DNA of 64,000 nucleotides from Eledone cirrhosa (taxonomy: Eukaryota): assembly GCA_964016885.1 (NCBI GenBank), contig OZ024743.1, positions 21,576,001 to 21,640,000 of the forward strand. Direction: 5' to 3'. A program made the position numbers and the translations under genes. The number at the start of each line of letters is the position of its first letter. The stretch's first letter is position 1. Positions 55,801 through 64,000 of this stretch are shown here, piece by piece. The notes under the pieces were generated by a model. The model was not told where the DNA came from and did no database searches. It saw only the letters and a list, made by a program, of their open reading frames with translations.

Positions 55801-58800
55801 CCATTTAAATATAATAGTAAAAATAGAGTGCTGGGCAGAGGTAAGAACACTGTGGTAGCTGGATTATTAAACCATTTATATATAATAGTAAAAATAGAGT
55901 GCTGGGCAGAGGTAAGAACACTATGGTAGCTGGATTATTAAACCATTTATATATAATAGTAAAAATACAGTGTTGGGCAGAGGTAAGAACACTATGGTAG
56001 CTGGATTATTAAACCATTTATATATAATAGTAAAAATACAGTGTTGGGCAGAGGTAAGAACACTATGGTAGCAGGATTATTAGAACCATTTGTATATAAT
56101 AGTAAAAATACAGTGTTGGGCAGAGGTAAGAACACTATGGTAGCTGGATTATTAAACCATTTATATATAATAGTAAAAATACAGTGTTGGGCAGAGGTAA
56201 GAACACTATGGTAGCTGGATTATTAAACCATTTATATATAATAGTAAAAATACAGTGTTGGGCAGAGGTAAGAACACTATGGTAGCAGGATTATTAGAAC
56301 CATTTATATATCATAGTAAAAATACAGTGCTGGGTAGAGGTGAGAACACTATGGTAGCTGGATCATTAAACCATTTATATATAATAGTAAAAATACAGTG
56401 TTGGGCAGAGGTAAGAACACTATGGTAGCTGGATTATTAAACCATTTATATATAATAGTAAAAATACAGTGTTGGGCAGAGGTAAGAACACTATGGTAGC
56501 TGGATTATAAAACCATTTATATATAATAGTAAAAATACAGTGCTGGGTAGAGGTGAGAACACTATGGTAGCTGGATCATTAAACCATTTATATATAATAG
56601 TAAAAATACAGTGTTGGGCAGAGGTAAGAACACTATGGTAGCTGGATTATTAAACCATTTATATATAATAGTAAAAATACAGTGTTGGGCAGAGGTAAGA
56701 ACACTATGGTAGCTGGATTATTAGAACCATTTATATATAATAGTAAAAATAGAGTGCTGGGCAGAGGTGAGAACACTGTGGTAGCTGGATTATTAAACCA
56801 TTTATATATAATAGTAAAAATAGAGTGCTGGGCAGAGGTGAGAACACTATGGTAGCTGGATTATTATACCATTTATATATAATAGTAAAAATAGAGTGCT
56901 GGGCAGAGGTGAGAACACTATGGAAGCAGGATTATTAAACCATTTATATATAATAGTAAAAATACAGTGCTGGGCAGAGGTGAGAACACTATGGTAGCAG
57001 GATTATTAAACCATTTATATATAATAGTAAAAATAGAGTGCTGGGCAGAGGTGAGAACACTATGGTAGCAGGATTATTAAACCATTTATTTATAATAGTA
57101 AAAATACAGTGCTGGGCAGAGGTGAGAACACTATGGTAGCTGGATTATTAAACCATTTATATATAATAGTAAAAATAGAGTGCTGGGCAGAGGTGAGAAC
57201 ACTATGGTAGCAGGATTATTAAACCATTTATATATAATAGTAAAAATACAGTGCTGGGCAAAGGTGAGACACTATGATAGCTGGATTATTAAACCATTTA
57301 TATATAATAGTAAAAATAGAGTGCTGGGCAGAGGTGAGAACACTATGGTAGCCGGATTATTAAACCATTTATATATAATAGTAAAAATACAGTGCTGGGC
57401 AAAGGTGAGACACTATGATAGCTGGATTATTAAACCATTTATATATAATAGTAAAAATAGAGTGCTGGGCAGAGGTGAGAACATTATGGTAGCTGGATTA
57501 TTAAACCATTTATATATAATAGTAAAAATACAGTGCTGGGTAGAGGTGAGAACACTATGGTAGCTGGATTATTAAACCATTTATATATAATAGTAAAAAT
57601 AGAGTGCTGGGCAGAGGTGAGAACACTGTGGTAGCTGGATTATTAAACCATTTATATATAATAGTAAAAATACAGTGCTGGGTAGAGGTGAGAACACTAT
57701 GGTAGCTGGATTATTAAACCATTTATATATAATAGTAAAAATAGAGTGCTGGGCAGAGGTGAGAACACTGTGGTAGCTGGATTATTAAACCATTTATATA
57801 TAATAGTAAAAATACAGTGTTGGGCAGAGGTAAGAACACTATGGTAGCTGGATTATTAAACCATTTATATATAATAGTAAAAATACAGTGTTGGGCAGAG
57901 GTAAGAACACTATGGTAGCTGGATTATAAAACCATTTATATATAATAGTAAAAATACAGTGCTGGGTAGAGGTGAGAACACTATGGTAGCTGGATCATTA
58001 AACCATTTATATATAATAGTAAAAATACAGTGTTGGGCAGAGGTAAGAACACTATGGTAGCTGGATTATTAAACCATTTATATATAATAGTAAAAATACA
58101 GTGTTGGGCAGAGGTAAGAACACTATGGTAGCTGGATTATTAGAACCATTTATATATAATAGTAAAAATAGAGTGCTGGGCAGAGGTGAGAACACTGTGG
58201 TAGCTGGATTATTAAACCATTTATATATAATAGTAAAAATAGAGTGCTGGGCAGAGGTGAGAACACTATGGTAGCTGGATTATTATACCATTTATATATA
58301 ATAGTAAAAATAGAGTGCTGGGCAGAGGTGAGAACACTATGGAAGCAGGATTATTAAACCATTTATATATAATAGTAAAAATACAGTGCTGGGCAGAGGT
58401 GAGAACACTATGGTAGCAGGATTATTAAACCATTTATATATAATAGTAAAAATAGAGTGCTGGGCAGAGGTGAGAACACTATGGTAGCAGGATTATTAAA
58501 CCATTTATTTATAATAGTAAAAATACAGTGCTGGGCAGAGGTGAGAACACTATGGTAGCTGGATTATTAAACCATTTATATATAATAGTAAAAATAGAGT
58601 GCTGGGCAGAGGTGAGAACACTATGGTAGCAGGATTATTAAACCATTTATATATAATAGTAAAAATACAGTGCTGGGCAAAGGTGAGACACTATGATAGC
58701 TGGATTATTAAACCATTTATATATAATAGTAAAAATAGAGTGCTGGGCAGAGGTGAGAACACTATGGTAGCCGGATTATTAAACCATTTATATATAATAG

Positions 58801-61800
58801 TAAAAATACAGTGCTGGGCAAAGGTGAGACACTATGATAGCTGGATTATTAAACCATTTATATATAATAGTAAAAATAGAGTGCTGGGCAGAGGTGAGAA
58901 CATTATGGTAGCTGGATTATTAAACCATTTATATATAATAGTAAAAATACAGTGCTGGGTAGAGGTGAGAACACTATGGTAGCTGGATTATTAAACCATT
59001 TATATATAATAGTAAAAATAGAGTGCTGGGCAGAGGTGAGAACACTGTGGTAGCTGGATTATTAAACCATTTATATATAATAGTAAAAATACAGTGCTGG
59101 GTAGAGGTGAGAACACTATGGTAGCTGGATTATTAAACCATTTATATATAATAGTAAAAATAGAGTGCTGGGCAGAGGTGAGAACACTGTGGTAGCTGGA
59201 TTATTAAACCATTTATATATAATAGTAAAAATACAGTGCTGGGTAGAGGTGAGAACACTATGGTAGCTGGATTATTAAACCATTTAAATATAATAGTAAA
59301 AATAGAGTGCTGGGCAGAGGTAAGAACACTATGGTAGCTGGATTATTAAACCATTTATATATAATAGTAAAAATACAGTGTTGGGCAGAGGTAAGAACAC
59401 TGTGGTAGCTGGATTATTAGAACCATTTATATATAATAGTAAAAATACAGTGTTGGGCAGAGGTAAGAACACTGTGGTAGCTGGATTATTAGAACCATTT
59501 ATATATAATAGTAAAAATACAGTGCTGGGCAGAGGTAAGAACACTGTGGTAGCTGGATTATTAGAACCATTTATATATAATAGTAAAAATACAGTGTTGG
59601 GCAGAGGTAAGAACACTGTGGTAGCTGGATTATTAGAACCATTTATATATAATAGTAAAAATACAGTGTTGGGCAGAGGTAAGAACACTGTGGTAGCTGG
59701 ATTATTAGAACCATTTATATATAATAGTAAAAATAGAGTGCTGGGTAGAGGTGAGAACACTATGGTAGCTGGATTATTAAACCATTTATATATAATAGTA
59801 AAAATAGAGTGCTGGGCAGAGGTGAGAATACTATGGTAGCTGGATTATTAAACCATTTATATATAATAGTAAAAATAGAGTGCTGGGCAGAGGTGAGAAC
59901 ACTGTGGTAGCTGCATTATTAAACCACTTATATATAATAGTAAAAATAGAGTGCTGGGCAGAGGTGAGAACACTATGGTAGCTGGATTATTAAACCATTT
60001 ATATATAATAGTAAAAATACAGTGCTGGGCAGAGGTGAGAACACTATGGTAGCTGGATTATTAAACCATTTATATATAATAGTAAAAATAGAGTGCTGGG
60101 CAGAGGTGAGAACACTATGGTAGCTGGATTATTAAACCATTTATATATAATAGTAAAAATACAGTGCTGGGCAGAGGTGAGAACACTATGGTAGCTGTAT
60201 TATTAAACCATTTATATATAATAGTAAAAATAGAGTGCTGGGCAGAGGTGAGAACACTATGGTAGCAGGATTATTAGAACCATTTATATATAATAGTAAA
60301 AATAGAGTGCTGGGCAGAGGTGAGAACACTGTGGTAGCTGGATTATTAAACCATTTATATATAATAGTAAAAATAGAGTGCTGGGCAGAGGTGAGAACAC
60401 TATGGTAGCAGGATTATTAGAACCATTTATATATAATAGTAAAAATACAGTGCTGGGAAGAGGTGAGAACACTATGGTAGCAGGATTATTAGAACCATTT
60501 ATATATAATAGTAAAAATAGAGTGCTGGGCAGAGGTGAGAACACTATGGTACCTGGATTATTAAACCATTTATATATAATAGTAAAAATACAGTGCTGGG
60601 CAGAGGTGAGAACACTGTGGTAGCTGGATTATTAAACCATTTATATATAATAGTAAAAATAGAGTGCTGGGCAGAGGTGAGAACACTATGGTAGCTGGAT
60701 TATTAAACCATTTATATATAATAGTAAAAATAGAGTGCTGGGCAGAGGTGAGAACATTATCGTAGCTGGATTATTAAACCATTTATATATAATAGTAAAA
60801 ATAGAGTGCTGGGCAGAGGTGAGAACACTATGGTAGCTGGATTATTAAACCATTTATATATAATAGTAAAAATACAGTGCTGGGCAGAGGTGAGAACACT
60901 ATGGTAGCAGGATTATTAAACCATTTATATATAATAGTAAAAATACAGTGCTGGGCAGAGGTGAGAACACTATGGTAGCTGGATTATTAAACCATTTATA
61001 TATAATAGTAAAAATACAGTGCTGGGCAGAGGTGAGAACACTATGGTAGCAGGATTATTAAACCATTTATATATAATAGTAAAAATAGAGTGCTGGGCAA
61101 AGGTGAGACACTATGATAGCTGGATTATTAAACCATTTATATATAATAGTAAAAATAGAGTGCTGGGCAGAGGTGAGAACATTATGGTAGCTGGATTATT
61201 AAACCATTTATATATAATAGTAAAAATAGAGTGCTGGGGAGAGGTAAGAACACTATGGTAGCTGGATTATTAAACCATTTATATATAATAGTAAAAATAC
61301 AGTGCTGTGTAGAGGTGAGAACACTATGGTAGCTGGATTATTAAACCATTTATATATAATAGTAAAAATAGAGTGCTGGGCAGAGGTAAGAACACTATGG
61401 TAGCTGGATTATTAAACCATTTATATATAATAGTAAAAATACAGTGCTGGGTAGAGGTGAGAACACTATGGTAGCTGGATTATTAAACCATTTATATATA
61501 ATAGTAAAAATAGAGTGCTGGGCAGAGGTAAGAACACTATGGTAGCTGGATTATTAAACCATTTATATATAATAGTAAAAATAGAGTGCTGGGCAGAGGT
61601 GAGAACACTATGGTAGCTGGATTATTAAACCATTTATATATAATAGTAAAAATAGAGTGCTGGGCAGAGGTGAGAACACTGTGGTAGCTGGATTATTAAA
61701 CCATTTATATATAATAGTAAAAATAGAGTGCTGGGCAGAGGTGAGAACACTATGGTAGCTGGATTATTAAACCATTTATATATAATAGTAAAAATAGAGT

Positions 61801-64000
61801 TCTGGGCAGAGGTGAGAACACTATGGTAGCTGGATTATTAAACCATTTATATATAATAGTAAAAATACAGTGCTGGGCAGAGGTGAGAACACTATGGAAG
61901 CAGGATTATTAAACCATTTAAATATAATAGTAAAAATACAGTGCTGGGCAGAGGTGAGAACATTATCGTAGCTGGATTATTAAACCATTTATATATAATA
62001 GTAAGAATACAGTGCTGGGCAGAGGTGAGAACACTATGGTAGCTGGATTATTAAACCATTTATATATAATAGTAAAAATACAGTGCTGGGCAGAGGTGAG
62101 AACACTGTGGTAGCTGGATTATTAAACCATTTATATATAATAGTAAAAATACAGTGCTGGGCAGAGGTGAGAACACTATGGTAGCTGGATTATTAAACCA
62201 TTTATATATAATAGTAAAAATACAGTGCTGGGCAGAGGTGAGAACACTGTGGTAGCTGGATTATTAAACCATTTATATATAATAGTAAAAATACAGTGCT
62301 GGGCAGAGGTGAGAACACTATGGTAGCTGGATTATTAAACCATTTATATATAATAGTAAAAATAGAGTGCTGGGCAGAGGTGAGAACATTATCGTAGCTG
62401 GATTATTAAACCATTTATATATAATAGTAAAAATGGAGTGCTGGGCAGAGGTGAGAACACTATGGTAGCTGGATTATTAAACCATTTATATATAATAGTA
62501 AAAATACAGTGCTGGGCAGAGGTGAGAACACTATGGTAGCTGGATTATTAAACCATTTATATATAATAGTAAAAATAGAGTGCTGGGCAGAGGTGAGAAC
62601 ACTATGGTATCTGGATTATTAAACCATTTATATATAATAGTAAAAATACAGTGTTGGGCAGAGGTGAGAACACTGTGGTAGCTGCATTATTAAACCACTT
62701 ATATATAATAGTAAAAATAGAGTGCTGGGCAGAGGTGAGAACACTATGGTAGCTGGATTATTATACCATTTATATATAATAGTAAAAATAGAGTGCTGGG
62801 CAGAGGTGAGAACACTATGGAAGCAGGATTATTAAACCATTTATATATAATAGTAAAAATACAGTGCTGGGCAGAGGTGAGAACACTATGGTAGCAGGAT
62901 TATTAAACCATTTATATATAATAGTAAAAATAGAGTGCTGGGCAGAGGTTAGAACACTATGGTAGCGGAATTATTAAACCATTTATATATAATAGTAAAA
63001 ATACAGTGCTGGGCAGAGGTGAGAACACTATGGTAGCCGGATTATTATACCATTTATATATAATAGTAAAAATACAGTGCTGGGCAAATGTGAGACACTA
63101 TGATAGCTGGATTATTAAACCATTTATATATAATAGTAAAAATAGAGTGCTGGGCAGAGGTGAGAACATTATGGTAGCTGGATTATTAAACCATTTATAT
63201 ATAATAGTAAAAATAGAGTGCTGGGCAGAGGTAAGAACACTATGGTAGCTGGATTATTAAACCATTTATATACAATAGTAAAAATACAGTGCTGGGTAGA
63301 GGTGAGAACACTATGGTAGCTGGATTATTAAACCATTTATATATAATAGTAAAAATACAGTGCTGGGCAGAGGTGAGAACACTGTGGTAGCTGGATTATT
63401 AAACCATTTATATATAATAGTAAAAATAGAGTGCTGGGCAGAGGTGAGAACACTATGGTAGCAGGATTATTAAACCATTTATTTATAATAGTAAAAATAC
63501 AGTGCTGGGCAGAGGTGAGAACACTGTGGTAGCTGGATTATTAAACCATTTATATACAATAGTAAAAATACAGTGCTGGGTAGAGGTGAGAACACTATGG
63601 TAGCTGGATTATTAAACCATTTATATATAATAGTAAAAATACAGTGCTGGGCAGAGGTGAGAACACTGTGGTAGCTGGATTATTAAACCATTTATATATA
63701 ATAGTAAAAATACAGTGCTGGGCAGAGGTGAGAACACTATGGTAGCTGGATTATTAAACCATTTATATATAATAGTAAAAATACAGTGCTGGGCAGAGGT
63801 GAGAACACTGTGGTAGCTGGATTATTAAACCATTTATATATAATAGTAAAAATAGAGTGCTGGGCAGAGGTGAGAACACTGTGGTAGCTGCATTATTAAA
63901 CCACTTATATATAATATTAAAAATAGAGTGCTGGGCAGAGGTGAGAACACTATGGTAGCTGGATTATTATACCATTTATATATAATAGTAAAAATAGAGT
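31860..64000. repeat. 71-bp satellite tandem array, right segment (continues past the window)
   Basis: Same monomer and orientation. Locally enriched in GGTAAG, GTGTTGGG and 72-bp variants. Confidence 0.99.
32770..64000. repeat. Duplication with 19.1-19.3 kb period (about 32770-44680 repeated at about 51880-64000)
   Basis: Landmarks 33206, 33846 and 34367 recur at +19,106. Landmarks 35864 to 43686 recur at +19,320 after a 214-bp (three-monomer) gain. Confidence 0.9.

Noticed and set aside
300-63248. Dozens of short ORFs (MLGRGENTMVAGLLNHLYII... and reverse-strand MFSPLPST...)
   Set aside because: Translations of the satellite. They lengthen only where 69/70/72-bp variants shift past stop codons, and most start at GTG.
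1-64000. CRISPR-like constant-repeat and variable-spacer appearance next to a reverse transcriptase
   Set aside because: The variable halves are near-identical point variants, not unique spacers. There are no cas genes, and the RT is an APE-linked eukaryotic LINE RT, not an RT-Cas1, retron or DGR type.
1-64000. Telomeric or telomerase-like repeat synthesis by the embedded RT
   Set aside because: The element has no template for the monomer, and the multi-kb variant patterns indicate DNA-level duplication rather than monomer-by-monomer addition.

Overview
Eukaryotic (most likely animal) heterochromatic or centromere-like DNA. About 58.6 kb of the window is a head-to-tail array of roughly 825 copies of an AT-rich 71-bp satellite monomer (consensus AATAGTAAAAATA[C/G]AGTGCTGGGCAGAGGTGAGAACACTATGGTAGCTGGATTATTAAACCATTTATATAT), with recurrent 69-, 70- and 72-bp variants. 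The array is interrupted twice (18903-21586 and 29176-31859) by an apparently identical 2.68-kb, 5'-truncated CR1-clade non-LTR retrotransposon. Each copy has a partial APE endonuclease, a 1-bp frameshift, an uninterrupted RT ORF, a duplicated 3'UTR/stem-loop, an (ATT)n tail and a TATAA target-site duplication. The two LINEs are one insertion copied by a 10,273-bp tandem duplication of the array, not two integrations. Variant monomers reveal nested duplications from 0.4 to 19.3 kb. All other ORFs in the track are translation artefacts of the satellite or alternative frames of the LINE. I found no host gene, RNA gene or CRISPR array, and no clearly new biological system. The most unusual signals are the one-directional G/A divergence between the two LINE 3'-end repeats and the LINE being amplified by satellite turnover.
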